From: Antedon mediterranea
Lineage: Eukaryota > Animalia > Echinodermata
Direction of reading: 5' to 3'
Length of the DNA stretch: 64,000 bases
Assembly: GCF_964355755.1 (NCBI RefSeq)
Contig: NC_092675.1
Location: forward strand, 11,217,812 to 11,281,811
The position numbers and the translations under genes were made by a program. Below the pieces are notes generated by a model that worked only from the letters and a program-made list of their open reading frames with translations, did not search any database and was not told where the DNA came from. Shown in pieces: positions 1 to 13,530 of the stretch (its first letter is position 1; every line of letters starts with the position of its first letter).

Positions 1-24
1 CACTAGGGAGGAGTAAGGAATGTT

Positions 25-196
25 TCACAAACAGGCTGTAAGATGGGAATGAAATGCAACTAGGAAGGTGGCAGTAGAGGAAGACGATATCCACCTACAT
101 TGATGACCCTCATTGAGCTTGCCAACTAGCGTTAGGTACAATGGGGACTGGTAAGTAGGCTCAGACAACTTCCACCTTCTCAAGTTTGGGAAATGC
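25..196 (-). CDS. TTLL6: Tentative terminal exon of the TTLL6-family gene
   Basis: Phase-2 compatible, 56 open codons to TGA; the AAG acceptor is weak and no homology is recognised. Confidence 0.3.
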
Positions 197-329
197 CTTA
201 GTGTGAAAAATTAATTATAAATTATTATATATTACTATTTTAAAGTTTATATAATAATTATACATACTCTACAGCTCAATATGTCGGTCGGTTGGATGGT
301 CGGTCAGTCGTATGGTCGGTAAACACTAA

Positions 330-1801
330 TAGTCCGGTGGCAGGAGGGTGGGTATCTCCACCCGAAATGGGACAAATTGCCATCCAACTAGACCAAACAA
401 CAATGTATTATGTATGTATTATAACAAATTTATTGAAGCAAAATTTGGTCTTTTGTTTTTACGACTAGATGCTACGCTTGCTTCACTCGCGTACTATCTA
501 GGTCGTCCCCACAGATGGTTCTCGAATACACAGTAATTTTAGCGTAAAAAAAATGGCGATTTACAATGTACATACTGCAGGACTATAATAATACATTGTC
601 GTTTACAGAAACAAATAAATAGACACGATGATTTATGTAGTCAACCAATTAGCACCCTGGGAATTACTTCTGAAAGAGAAACTTGTCAAAAATATTGTCC
701 AAATATTTGATTTTTAAATAAACCCAATTTGTGTAGTATGTAATATTAGGGTTTCAATATATTCTTTATCCACTCAGTAACATATTATTGTTTTCAGGCC
801 TAAAAATAATATATCACTAAATACAGTAAAACATTTGCAATTTAATACTTTGTTAAAACTGTCACTTTCATAGTCGATTGAAATAGTAAAGTACATGTAA
901 CGATACACCACTACAACGTTTATATTAATACAAACGCTGAGAAGCAACTTAGTTTGTTTATAATCTAAGAGTAGGACCTACCCACACTCACAGTAATAAA
1001 GTTTATTTGTATATATGTTTTATATCTAACAGTACCAACACTCACAGTAAGAAATTTGCAATTCGAATGGCGACCAAACGTGATTATTATGTATTTACAG
1101 TATTGGATAGTATTGCAATACTATATCTTAAGGTTTTAAGTTTATTCTCTAAGGGCCTATAAATTTACCTCCATGGTTAAACCAAATAATATGGAATGTT
1201 CCATTCATCCCAATTGAATACATTTGTATAAACGTATATTAAATCTATACAAATAATAAGGAAATCGGCCTGTCTTCAACATTATGATGCTGTACTCGAG
1301 CTGTTCAACCGGTTTTCAGCTATTAAAAACAATTATCGTAGGAGGAGATAGGAAAATGCAAAGCATCCTTGTATTATTGTGTGCGGGTATTTTTCAAGAT
1401 GGACATCCATTAGACAGTGTATACCACGATCGGAAAACACCCCTATTTGGGGCAAATCGTTGAACCTAAATTTCGTTTTGTTTGTCAATAACTAATTATC
1501 TAACTCAATTTAACTAGTAAACAGAGTTAAATCAGGTGGTTAAAATCAGTACCGAAAGTACGAATCAACTTTATATACCATCGAGTAAGGCGCGATTTAC
1601 CGAATTTTTCCCTTACGTAAATTTATATATAGATACATAATACATTATTGTAATTGGTCAATTTTGAACTTTGACCCTTATATCCCGAAAACGCTTCCTA
1701 TCCTTCCATGTTCGTAATCTACGGAAAATTCTGGTCTAGGAAGTTTGGATGGCAATTTGTCCCCTTTCGGGTGGTGATTCCCCCCTCCTGCCACCGGACT
1801 A
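330..1801. mobile_element. Non-autonomous TIR DNA transposon, Academ-like (TAG...CTA termini)
   Basis: ~58-bp imperfect TIRs tagtccggtggcaggaggg.../...ccctcctgccaccggacta; 3-bp TSD TAA (327-329, 1802-1804). Confidence 0.75.
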
Positions 1802-2034
1802 TAACTCAAATTTGAGCACAGTACGGCAGCCATGTATATGGCCTTTCTTGTTTAAAATAAAGTCGAGTTTTTGTATTTTAACTCATGGTTAGTGACAAAA
1901 TAAATAATTTCTTGGTAAATTTTGCATACAAGGATCACATAAGAATATGTTCTCGCATTGATAAGAGGCTAGTGGAGCAGTCTGAATAGGAGGTGAATTA
2001 AACTGGTGTATCTTGGCTGATTGATGCAGCCATA

Positions 2035-2713
2035 GACCCCATTTACACTTAGCTTTTAGTGAGCCAGAGACTGGCTATGAGCCAACAGTGTACAAGTGTA
2101 AACACTCTGGGAACAACCGAGCCGGCCTCGAGTCGGCGCAATTTTGATCCGGCAGTCACTTCGTATAGTGTAAACACTCGCGGTCATAAAATGAACGTTC
2201 TGGGTCAACTATAGTTTAAAGTTTACGAAAATTAACGCTGAACCGGAAATGCATGTATTATGTAAAATATAAACAAACATCTACTAGGCTAGGGCCTAGG
2301 CCCAAGGGGCCTAGTTTCTTTGTTGAAATTAAATTGGTCAAGATGAATTGATCTACTACTATTCTTCAGAAAACGAGACGTAAACATTAGTAGTAAAGCA
2401 ATAATACAATTGTTTTGATCCATATTAAATACCGTTATTTGATGCTTTTTTTTAATAAAGTTCGATAGGCCTAGTGTAGATCCACAACGCTTAATAATAT
2501 TAACTTTGGTTGACGGACGGTTGGTAGCGCACATGAGCGGATATGACGTGAATGTAGCAAAATCGTATCGAGCACTCTTCCGCGAGAGCAAGTGTAAACA
2601 CAATAGTAGGGGCCCGAGGCCGTATTTTTGGTTAAGTGTAAACACATTGCGGCCTACAAAGAAAGCCGGCATCGGGCCGGCTAATAAATCGTCGATGAAG
2701 TGTAAATGGGGTC
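2035..2713. mobile_element. Harbinger-like MITE
   Basis: 16-bp TIR gaccccatttacactt/aagtgtaaatggggtc; 3-bp TSD ATA; internal repeats of gtgtaaacac. Confidence 0.75.
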
Positions 2714-2884
2714 ATATTCTGTGGTCACATTCCAGTGAATCACATTTTGAGTTATTTCTGGTGAATTATATAAATTGTTACTCTAATCAACTTAATCAAA
2801 ATAATTTATCATTCATTCTACTCGTGCATTGTTAGCAACATGAACCATACACTAGCATTTTCCCAAATATTAGTATAAACTTAC

Positions 2885-3158
2885 CTTGCATTAGTTTCAA
2901 TAGCCACTCCCTGGCTACTACCAGCACTATGTGTGCTACACCTTAAGTCTGGTCGTTGGACAACTGGAGCTGGCCCTGACACTAATGATAAACATAAGGC
3001 ACCACCACCTTGCAATGGGCTTTGAGATACACGAACAACATTTGAGAACCCGTAACCAGTGCTACTAAGGCATACATTTGAGGGTGGTGAACATACCACA
3101 TTACTTGGAAGGTTTAATGAACTACTTGTTGTTAATAATCTGTGGTTTGTACGGTGGC
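2885..3158 (-). CDS. TTLL6: TTLL6-family exon 16 (Ser/Pro-rich)
   Basis: ctttttctacag| acceptor, AG|GTAAGT donor; open frame. Confidence 0.7.
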
Positions 3159-3247
3159 CTGTAGAAAAAGAGATTATTTTACGATTAGAAAAGAATGTTA
3201 TATACAATTTATCAGTAGCTAAGATACTAGAGTAGGTAATTTCTCAC

Positions 3248-3596
3248 CTAAGTCTCTTTTTGAAGAGCTGGCACTAAGAACCCTTCTTAGAGGAACTGGG
3301 CCTATATTACTTAAGTAATCAGCATCAGCATTTGCTCTACCTCCCACTCTGACACAATCCTCCTGTATTCCATCCTTTATCTTGTGCTGTTCTGGAACTA
3401 CTGCACTCTGCCATATATCTCTATTTTGTGGAAGCACCTTCCGTGGATCAAAGCGCTGTCGCTGGGTTTTAGTTGATGGGTTCTGTATGAGGTAGTGTGA
3501 TGAATTAGTTTGACTTAGCAGTCGACTTCTTGGGGCTGCTGATCGCCACTGTCCACTGTGTACTGGAGGATGTGGATGACACCTACCATTAAGAGT
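3248..3596 (-). CDS. TTLL6: TTLL6-family exon 15
   Basis: Open frame of 349 nt, gtag| acceptor, G|GTGAGA donor; phase 1 fits the next exon. Confidence 0.7.
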
Positions 3597-3663
3597 CTAC
3601 AATTGTACATAGTATAAAACAATAAAGATGAATTCCGATAGCTGTTAGTGGAAATTAGCGTGT

Positions 3664-3835
3664 AAACTTGTCTTAAATAGTAAAACTCGTCCTAAATAAT
3701 AAAACTCGTCCTGAATATTAAACTCGTCTTAAATAGTAAAACTCGTCCTAAATAATAAAACTCGTCCTAAATATTAAAACTCGTCCCAAATAGTACAACT
3801 CGTCCTAGATAAAAACACTCGTCCTAAATATTAAA
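3664..3835. repeat. Minisatellite, ~19-bp unit aaatagtaaaactcgtcct, ~9 copies
   Basis: Directly visible tandem units. Confidence 0.85.
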
Positions 3836-3976
3836 AACCCTCTAAATAATCTCTCTTATCTCTCTCTTCAGTCGTCAAGCAGAGAATCGATCTTACAACC
3901 TCTAGGCCATGGCATTAGCCTCATCACAAACCCACCACCCTACACAGCTGGCTTGCAGAAAAACCCTTTCCATAAA

Positions 3977-5512
3977 CTAGATTTGAACTCGATCACTACG
4001 GACGAGTTAGGTTATCCGCCACACAAACGCCACGTGCACGTCATACGTTAAAATATTGCGCACAGAAAAAAGATTATGCCATTGTGACTTGAAGAAAATA
4101 AAATGTTAGTGTGCCCTTTATTTTGTGTCTAAGTATATACAGTATACAGTATACACTATATACTGTATACATACTACATACAGTGCAGAATATGTGAAAA
4201 TAATGGGACCCGCCTTTTATTCAAATTGTTAACATGATGACGTCATCAAAATTAAGCACGTACAGTAGATAGCAATTTTGGATGGAATTATCTGAGCAAC
4301 AACATATTAACATGTTGAAGAAATTTGGATACGTAGAATATGGACGCGCGCTCTTTTAAATGTCATTAACTATGACGCAAAATATGAAAATATGACGTTT
4401 ATAATTCAACTGGCCATATGATGGCGTCACAATATCCGATGCGCAAAATTTGTACATGAATTCGTATCTACAATTCAACAGCTTCCAGAAAACATTTTAA
4501 TCATGAGTATCACTTTTCATTCTGCGGAGCAATAACATATTGAAATTTACCCAAATGATGAAAATAAGTGACCCAAGTTATTCACGCTTTTGAACATGAT
4601 GACAATATAAACATTTTTAAAATGGTAACTCATGCGAAAGATAATTGATTGACCTAGACAATATCAAAATCTGGGGGAAAATGGAATACGGATAAGTGGA
4701 GAAGCCCTCTATTAACTGTGATGAGCTATGACAAAAGAGACAACAATCCTATATTTTATATTATTGAGTGGCCATATGATGACGTCAAAATGTCCGGTTA
4801 GCCATATTGATGCATGAACCGATATCTACAACTCATCAACTTCCAAAATATGTAATAAAAATAAACTTTACCATTTAGTTTAGAAACTATGACTGTTTAA
4901 AAAAAGGTATTATTTTGACAAATTTTTGAACTTTTGAACAAAAATACACGCGAATTGTCCAAAAACGTGCTCGTATGACATGTTTTTAAGTCGAAATTGT
5001 TTAAAAGTTGGTCAAATTACTAGATAAGACTGGAAAAACAAAATTCACACGAAAAAAGATGTTTTTAACGCTATGTGCGGACCACACACATAAAAATGTG
5101 CATGCGCGTGGTAAATTGTACATGCTTAAAATGACATGAAACGCGTAGAAAGTTGATTTTTCGCATTTTAGACACCTGTGTGCGCATAATTTTGTGTGCA
5201 ACACACCATTTTTACTCCATATAAATTTGACCCTTGATATGAATTAACGATTTCTTAAGTTTCAATAACAAATGTCTTTTGGTTCTGAATTTAAGATAAA
5301 TTTTTTTTTTAACGTATAATCATGCGTATGTTACGCTGCGCAACTCGGACGGGACCGAGAGGTCAATCTTCTGATAAAGTTATACAATGTTATTTTGAGA
5401 AGATTTAGAGATACACATGCAACAAAATTTGTGGAAAGAAAGAATAAGATAGAAAAAAAAAAGATCCTGACAATAACAAGGGTTATCCACCAAGTGCGGA
5501 TAGCCAATAAAA
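3977..5512 (-). mobile_element. Non-autonomous Helentron-type (HINE) element, family A
   Basis: 5' palindromic subTIR (ggttatccac...gcggatagcc, 5481-5505); 3' subTIR ggttatccgc with hairpin and CTAG terminus at 3977; internal similarity to 49070-52728. Confidence 0.7.
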
Positions 5513-5842
5513 GAACAGAAAAAACTTAATCCTTAATCACATGGATTAACACGCGACATCTAAATGCTCTGTAATTGGTTGCCTGTCGCGGTACGTATAA
5601 GTATAACAGTTGTTATACGTACCGTCGCAGTACGTATAGCCAGTCACATTCCAAATTACCAATATTGATATAATAAGGTATGTTTATTTAATCATTATTA
5701 ATGAATGAAATCCATGTGCAAGGACCAAAAACAATATAATATGCAATAGTTGATGTGCAATGGTGCAGCTAATTTCTTGTATGAACTAATTTATTAAAAT
5801 GACCCTTCTAGTTCCCCACTATGTTAGTGTACTGATAGTCAC

Positions 5843-5935
5843 CTGTGATTTTGAAGAAGTCATGGTGATTTTTATTGCAGTGCTGTCCAGCTTTTCAGAA
5901 GGATTATTTGTGAGGTTGTGACACTCAGCTTGCTG
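5843..5935 (-). CDS. TTLL6: TTLL6-family exon 14 (NAGNAG acceptor; 5932 is an alternative start)
   Basis: 31 open codons, aacag|cag acceptor, CAG|GTGACT donor. Confidence 0.55.
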
Positions 5936-6403
5936 CTGTTAGCAGAACATGATACAAGGAGTAGAAAAAGAATGAGATAGATATTTGCTAATTATTAGTA
6001 ATATTTAGTTATTTGACACACCAGTTAGTATCATAATGAAGTTTATTAGATTTAGAAAACTAACATATCTTAGGTCTTATTTTTTCAGAACCGATGATGG
6101 GTGTCTATAAAAAAAGATCTATAAAGTTTAGACCCAAGATATGTTAGTTTTCTAAATCTATAAAACTAAGATATTTTTTTACTGGTGGGTTGTACCATTA
6201 TATCAGAGAGATTAGATTATTCTATTACCACTAAAAGGGTGATGTGTTGAGATTTTCAGTAAAATGTATAGTATATCTTTGGTCTTAGTTTATAGATCTT
6301 ATTTTTTTTATACATCCATAAAATTAATTTAAAATAACTTTTATAGTACTATTTTGTGAGCGCGTTTTAAAAATAAAAAATCTACAGAAGATTATTTACT
6401 TAC

Positions 6404-6907
6404 TTTCTCAGATGATGTTGAATTGTTACTAGTACAATTAACTTTAGGATAATTTAAATTTGTAAGTAAAAGCAAAGGAGTGGTATATGGGCCTAAATCC
6501 TGGTCATTTTCAATGCTCAAATCAGGATTCTGCAAGAACTCTCTCTGAACTTTCCTAAATTGTGAACTTTTGTTGATTCCACTAAATGCATTATGTCTTG
6601 AATTTTGTTTCCATGCTAGCCTAGGTTCCTTGCTAATCTGATGTGTAGCATTGGAGTTAGTGTTCTCGTCTGAGTGGCTTTCTAGCCTACTACTACCACT
6701 ATTCAGCCTAACTCCTGGCCTAGTACTTGAGTTTGTTATCTCAAAATCTAGCTGATCATTTTTCTGACTGTTCTTTTTATGTCCTAGCTTTTGTTCTTGT
6801 TCTGATTTCTTCTGGCTAGGGGGTGGTTCAAGGTGTAAATATTTATTATGTCGATTGCAATACGTCAAACTGGAATATAATCGTCTCGCTCCTAGGAAAT
6901 TCCTCAC
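6404..6907 (-). CDS. TTLL6: TTLL6-family exon 13 (low-complexity C-terminal tail)
   Basis: 168 open codons bounded by cttttag| and AAA|GTAAGT; phases 0/0. Confidence 0.7.
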
Positions 6908-7575
6908 CTAAAAGATTGACCCAGCATTTTGTTTTTCTGGATATTAATACATTAAAAACAGTTTCTAGATAATTAAAACTAACTATTTAAAAACTTGAAA
7001 TACATAGTTTAATTACAAAAGTAATGAATGTGTATGATTTTTAGTAATTAGTATTGCATTGTGGCTATTATATGATTTAGTATTAGTAATGATTTTAGGA
7101 TAGTAAATCATTATGGATGTAGCCACCAGTCAACCTAACCACTTTTTGACATTGAGATTCCCCAACAAGAATATCATTAAAATGCATCTTAAAGAATGTT
7201 AATAAGAGTTCTCAGTATAATCTATGTATAGATCTGTGTATATAGTATAAATATGTGTAAACAGCACAGGACCATGAATCCTTGACTCCCATCTACTTCA
7301 CATCCCCTCACCTAGGCACCACATGGATATATGGCTCCGTTTGTGAATTGATAAATATCACAATGTATTTATTATAACACACCTGGATAGATTCTTGTCA
7401 TTTGATTGGATAATTTTGGGTCACATGACATTTAATAAATATTCTATTGAACTCTTACATCATCAAGAGTGCAATTTCAGGATGCGGGTGCAATTTTGTT
7501 ATAATTATAATTGCGTCATTTTTTTTGGTATTGTATTTATTATAACATTACCAGAGGTAGCCCGACTATACTTAC

Positions 7576-7779
7576 ATTAACAGCTCTATCTGCACTCTTT
7601 AAGACACCCACAGTACCTGGTGTACAATGTAAAAGCCTGTACACATGTTCTACCACTCCTAAACCTCGGACAAGGTTATCACGTTGTAGCAATGCACTAA
7701 CTCTATCAAGTTCATCATCCTCACTGATGTCCAATGGTCGCATACTATCTATAGGCTGGTGGTAGTCAACTTTGGCATC
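7576..7779 (-). CDS. TTLL6: TTLL6-family exon 12 (…PLDISEDDELDRVSALLQRDNLVRGLGVVEHVYRLL…)
   Basis: I.E.EE..R...L.QR..L...LG motif typical of the TTLL6 C-terminal region; phases 0/0. Confidence 0.85.
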
Positions 7780-8946
7780 CTTTAAAATAAAGAAAAAGTC
7801 ACCATGGATGTCAACAGATGACAAAATTAGATTTGAATTTGTCACTCGGGACGAGGTTATCGGTGCAAACGTATTATGTTAGAACATGCACACATAAATT
7901 ACCATCCATGTTTTTAGTGCTGTATATTTTGTGTCATATACATACATACATCATAGGTGAATTACAGATCCCACCTATTACTACTAAAATAAATAACATG
8001 ACGACATCTTCAAAATAAAATATGACAACAATTTATGTTTATTATATTCATTGTATTACCAAAAACGACATTTATCTTATATACCTGTATATTTGTGGTA
8101 AGCAGTATGACACAACATAGATCAGCAATCAAAAGATTAATTATCAATATTTAGCTGAAAATGTTAATTCAGCTGGTCACTCGCAAATTTCAGAGTACTT
8201 GCAATAGACCACGTTGTTAAATGGAGTGACAAAACTCGCAAAAAACACTGGGAATTACTACTTAAAACCACAAAACCTTTCTCCTGGATCGGTAAAATGA
8301 TTCCATTGACATCTCAAGTTTCAATATTTATCATCATTTGAGTTTTCATTTAGTTCTCTATTCCAAATACATATCTGCTGTACCAAGCTTTCTTGTTTTT
8401 TACTCTACTCTCTCCAGCCTCTATTCAACAGCTTTTCAATTCAATTCAATTCAATTTCTTTATTGCTGCAAATGCCATCAAGGGCTAATATCCGCTTAAA
8501 CATACTACATCATACAAACATATACATATTTACATTTAAAATTTAAACACATAAAAATTATAGTCATTACTACTGTTGTAGTTATTATTTTTTTAATTCT
8601 TGTAATTATGGTTATTATGATTATTGTTATCTATATAAATTATGGTTAATTCTGACATAGGCGAGCACAATGCAAAAACTTTCGTACAAATCTCCGCCTT
8701 GGATACCTACCTTATCTATCTCAGATGTACCACGAAACGTAGATTTGATAACATTAATTTTCACATCGACGCTATTTTTCCATATTTCTATCTTAGGAAG
8801 ATATTATAATGAGTTTTTTAACACAATTTATGATTTCAACAGTAGATTTTCAACTCAATTTCAATTCTTCCCGGGTCAAAGTAATTTCCGGGTTCATCTT
8901 GCAACAACCTGGTTTCAACTATTTTCTCTCTTTTTTATACACAAGG

Positions 8947-11900
8947 TGACAAGTATTTACACTTGATTATAATATTGTAATGACATATGACCTTTGACAC
9001 GGAACTGAATAAACGACCTCTTTGGTCACGAACCTGAACGAGCGTGTATGACTATGAATTATATGATATTCTAAAGTCTCAAAACATGTCAATGGCGACG
9101 AGGATTGGTATACAAAGTATATAGGCGTATTACGTGAGTTATATACAAGTTACTGAGAATGATTAGGCTAGACACATTGGACAATATTCCACCATTTGAG
9201 GTAGGAAACGATCCAACTAATTTAGCAGCAAGATGGCGGCAGTGGAAAAAGGCCGTGCATATTCTCATCACAGCGAAAGGCGTGACAGACGCGACACAGA
9301 GAGAGGCAATTTTATTGCATGCGGGAGGCATACGCCTGCAAGAAATTTATTTTACATTGCCCGAAATAGTTGTTGAAGACGGAGAGGCGAGACCTTCTGC
9401 TTATGAAATCGCCATAAAGAAGCTTGATGCTTATTTTGAACCTCAAGTGAACTCACCATTTGAGAGACATAAATTTAGGAAATTAAGCCAATTTGAAGCA
9501 GAATCGGTAACAAATTTTATATTTAGACTAAGAAAACAGGCTGACTTGTGTGATTTTGGCACAGAAATAGATAACAATATCAGAGATCAACTGATTGATG
9601 GATGTACGTCAGAAAAGTTAAAGAAAGTGTTGTTACAAAAAGGTAACGATTTGACTCTACCAAAAGCAGTCAACATAGCAAACTCCTTTGAGCTAGTGCA
9701 GAAACAGTCTGAGACTATGGCAACGGGTAGTACTAGTAGAACAAGTAATGTAAATGCAGTTCATCATCGTACAAATCAAAGAGGTGCATCGAATGACAGA
9801 AGTAGTGGTAGTGGCAAGTATTATAAACATAAACAAACACATCAGCAGCAACAGAATCCATGTTATAGGTGTGGAAGAGGCAGACACAAGCCGGAAGATT
9901 GTTGGTTTAAAGAGAAAGAATGTAACAATTGCAAGAAAAAGGGACACATTGCGTCACAATGCAGAACAAGAAAGAATACGAGTACCAGTAAGCGACAACA
10001 ACAACAAAATCAAGTACAAGCTGAAGAAAGCACCAGTGAAGAAAGTGATGACAGTGTAATGATGGCTTCAATGATCAGCGAGTCTAATGCTTCTAACCCA
10101 ATAAAAGTTGATCTTGAACTAAATGGACAGAAATTTGACTTTGAGATTGATACAGGTGCTACATTCACTGTTGTACCTGAATGCGTATACACAAAATTAT
10201 CAAATGTTTCTCTTTCAGAGACCAATATCCTTTTTAAAAGTTTTACAGGTGAACGGGTTAAACCCTTAGGTACATGTACTGTAAATGTGCAGTATAAAAA
10301 CCAATGTAAGAAACTAGATATGTATGTTGTAAAAGAAACCAATCAATTGTTATTTGGCAGAGATTGGCTGCAACACATTCAACTAAATTGGTCGGAACTA
10401 ATACATAGCCCACACTATGTTAACATTGTAAATGTCAATGCTCAGATAAACAAAATACTAAATGAACACAAAAGTTTGTTTAATGGCAAATTAGGTCAAC
10501 TTAAGCATACTAAAGCCCATATTGAAATGAGAGAGGGGGCTACACCTATTATCAGTAAATGTCATCGTGTACCCTATGCTTTAAAAGAACCAGTTAACAA
10601 CGAAATTGACCGATTAGTCGAACAGGGAATATTAACACCTGTTAAGCATACAGAATGGGCTAGTTCAATAGTGACCATAAAGAAAGGAGAGGGTATCCGA
10701 ATTTGTGGTAATTATAAAACGACTATTAATCAAAATTTGAAACCAGTGGCCCCGCCCAATATTAATGTAGACGATATCTTACCAAAACTGGCAGGGGGAC
10801 AGAAATATTCAACGTTAGATTTAACACAGGCATATAATCAGATGGAGCTTACTGAACCATCAAAGGGTCTGTTAACGTTAATAACTGAGAAAGGTTTCTA
10901 CCAAGTAAATCGACTTGTTTACGGTGTGGCTTCTGCCCCATCTATTTGGCAAAATGCGATGCTTAAAATTATTATTGGCCTAGAACAAGTCATGGTTTAT
11001 TTGGATGATATAATAATAACAGGAAAAGATGATGCTGAACATCTTAAGAATTTGGAAAAAGTTTTGATTCGATTGGAAGAGGAAGGTGTAAAACTAAAAC
11101 GTGATAAATGTCATTTCATGAAAGAATCTGTTACATATTTGGGTCATGTAATTGATAAAGATGGGGTGCATAAAAGTCCCATTAAAGTTGATCAAATTAT
11201 GCAAATTCCACTTCCACAAGATGTTGGACAAATGAGATCATATTTGGGTATGATAAATTATTATTAATCATTCATTCCAAATTTAGCTACCTTATTGAGA
11301 CCATTATATGCAATGATATGTAAAGGTAAATGATTTGTGTGGACTGAAGAAGCGCGAACAGCTTTTGATAATTCAAAGCAAGCACTGGCTAACTCAGGTT
11401 TTTTGGTACATTTTGACTCAAGTTTACCAGTCAAAATTGCGACGGATGCTTCACCGTATGGGGTGAGTGCTATACTTAGCCATATGATCGATGGGCAAGA
11501 GCGTCCAGTCAAAATTGCTTCACGCGCATTAACTAAAGCGGAACAAAATTATCCTCAGATAGAACGAGAAGCGTTGGGAATTATTTTTGCGCTAAAGAAG
11601 TATTATCCATATATTTATGGAAGAAAATTTACACTGGTAACGGATAATAAACCTTTGGTTACCATATTTGGGCCTAAAAAGGGTCTACCAGTGTTAGCTG
11701 CGGAGAGAATGCAACGTTGGGCATTATTTGTAGCCGGGTTCAACTATGATATTGAATTCAGATGTAGTAAGGCAAATGCTAACGTAGATTGTTTCTCCAG
11801 GTTACCAATTGATAAAGCGGAAAACATAAACATAGATGTAAATGTTAACTTTATGGACATGATAAATGCATTGCCTATAACAGCTGACGAAATTAGTAAA

Positions 11901-13530
11901 ATGACTAGTAGAGATAAACATCTAAGTAAAGTGAAACGCTTAATAATGAATGGTTGGGTGTCAAATGATGATAAAACCATAGAGCCATATTATTTAAGAC
12001 GTAATGAATTATCGATTGGAAAAGGTTGTATTTTGTGGGGAGAGAGAGTAGTACTCCCTCCAAGGCTCCGTAGCAGGGTCATGGATGATCTACATTGTGG
12101 TCACCTGGGAGTTGTTAAAATGAAGAGCATTGCTCGCTCTTATATTTGGTTTCCGAATATTGATTCTGAAATTGAACAGTTGGCTAAGGCATGCGATCCT
12201 TGCCAATGTATTCAAAATAGACCAGCCACAGTGCCGATGCATCCCTGGGTACCTGCTAGGGAACGTTGGGAAAGAATTCATATTGATTTCGCCGGTCCAT
12301 TTCAAGGAAAAATGTTCCTTATTGTAGTTGATGCATTTAGTAAATGGCCAGAAGTAAAAATAATGAATTCGACCACATCCACGAACACAATTGAAGCACT
12401 TCGACAAATGTTTAGTCAATGGGGTCTTCCACAAATTGTAGTTTCGGATAATGGAAGTCAGTTTACGGCTTCAGAATTTAAGGATTTTATGAGAGCAAAT
12501 GGCATAATTCATAAGTATTCATGTCCAGGTCATCCGGCTACTAATGGTCAGGCCGAGAGATTTGTTCAAACAATGAAACAAGGTTTGAAAGCCGCAATTG
12601 ATGATAAATGTTCAATTCAAACAAGGTTAAGTAAATTTCTGTTAGCGTACAGAAACGCTGAACACAGTGTAACAAAACAATCGCCTGCTCAATTGTTTGT
12701 AAAGAGACAGCTGAGAACAAGATTAGATTTACTTAGACCTAATGTTAATATAACAGTTAGAGATCACTTACATAAAGAGATGGAAAAATCTAATAAGAAA
12801 ATGAGAAGTTTTGTTGTGAATGATCAAGTATATGTAAGAGATTTTAGGAAGGAAGGGAGTCACAAAATTAAATGGGCTCCAGGAACCATAGTTGAGAAAA
12901 AAGGTCCATTAAAATATATTGTTAAAGTGGGATCATACACATGGAAAAGGCATACAAATCAAATCAGATCTAGAATGGCTGATGTTTCAGAAACCGAGAC
13001 CGTAATCTGGAGGATTTGTTAGACCAATTGCTTGATAATGATAATTCAGAAAGTAATGTAATAAATGACAAAGTTACGGTAGTACCGGAAACACCCACTA
13101 GGACCCCAGCTCCAGTGCGAAGGTCAAATAGAGTTAGAAAAGAAAGAATGAGATTAATTGAAGAATGTTATCTAGGAAACGGGTAGAAGAAGTAATTAAG
13201 AAAGAAACAGTCAAAGTATAAGATAGGAGAATTAACAGAATGATGTTTTATGGAATGATGAAAAGATTGTTTAAAACATTCTGGAAATGTTTTTGTTAAA
13301 ATGTTTTTGTTGAAATAGTTGATTTACTTAAAACATAACTTGTGCAAATTTATTCAGAAGATAACTTTTAATTAACAAGGGAGAATGACAAGTATTTACA
13401 CTTGATTATAATATTGTAATGACATATGACCTTTGACACGGAACTGAATAAACGACCTCTTTGGTCACGAACCTGAACGAGCGTGTATGACTATGAATTA
13501 TATGATATTCTAAAGTCTCAAAACATGTCA
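8947..13530 (+). mobile_element. Full-length Ty3/Gypsy LTR retrotransposon in a TTLL6 intron (antisense to the host)
   Basis: Identical 145-bp LTRs TG..CA (8947-9091, 13386-13530); 5-bp TSD CAAGG; PBS TGGCGACGAGGAT (tRNA-Ser GCT 3' end) at 9093; PPT aacaagggagaa. Confidence 0.97.
9159..13186 (+). pseudogene. Gypsy gag-pol (Gag, two zinc knuckles, DTGA protease, YLDD RT, RNase H, HHCC/DDE integrase), disrupted
   Basis: One frame 9159-13022 with in-frame TAA (11265) and TGA (11331); C-terminal RRSNRVRK tail lies in another frame after ~13000. Confidence 0.92.

Noticed and set aside
3664-3835. CRISPR-like look of short regular repeats (also 39820-40050 and 54460-54560)
   Set aside because: Units are contiguous with no unique spacers, the context is eukaryotic, and there are no cas genes; these are minisatellite or TIR subrepeats.
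8277-8430. Candidate extra TTLL6 exon
   Set aside because: In-frame stops, a weak donor, and exons 11 and 12 already join in phase.
11265-11333. Programmed readthrough or selenocysteine recoding in Gypsy pol
   Set aside because: Two different stops (TAA, TGA) inside the RT-RNase H connection rather than at the gag-pol junction, plus an independent frameshift; inactivation is simpler.
9693-12434. Short antisense or overlapping ORFs within the Gypsy element
   Set aside because: Shadow ORFs of the long pol frame with no recognisable motifs.
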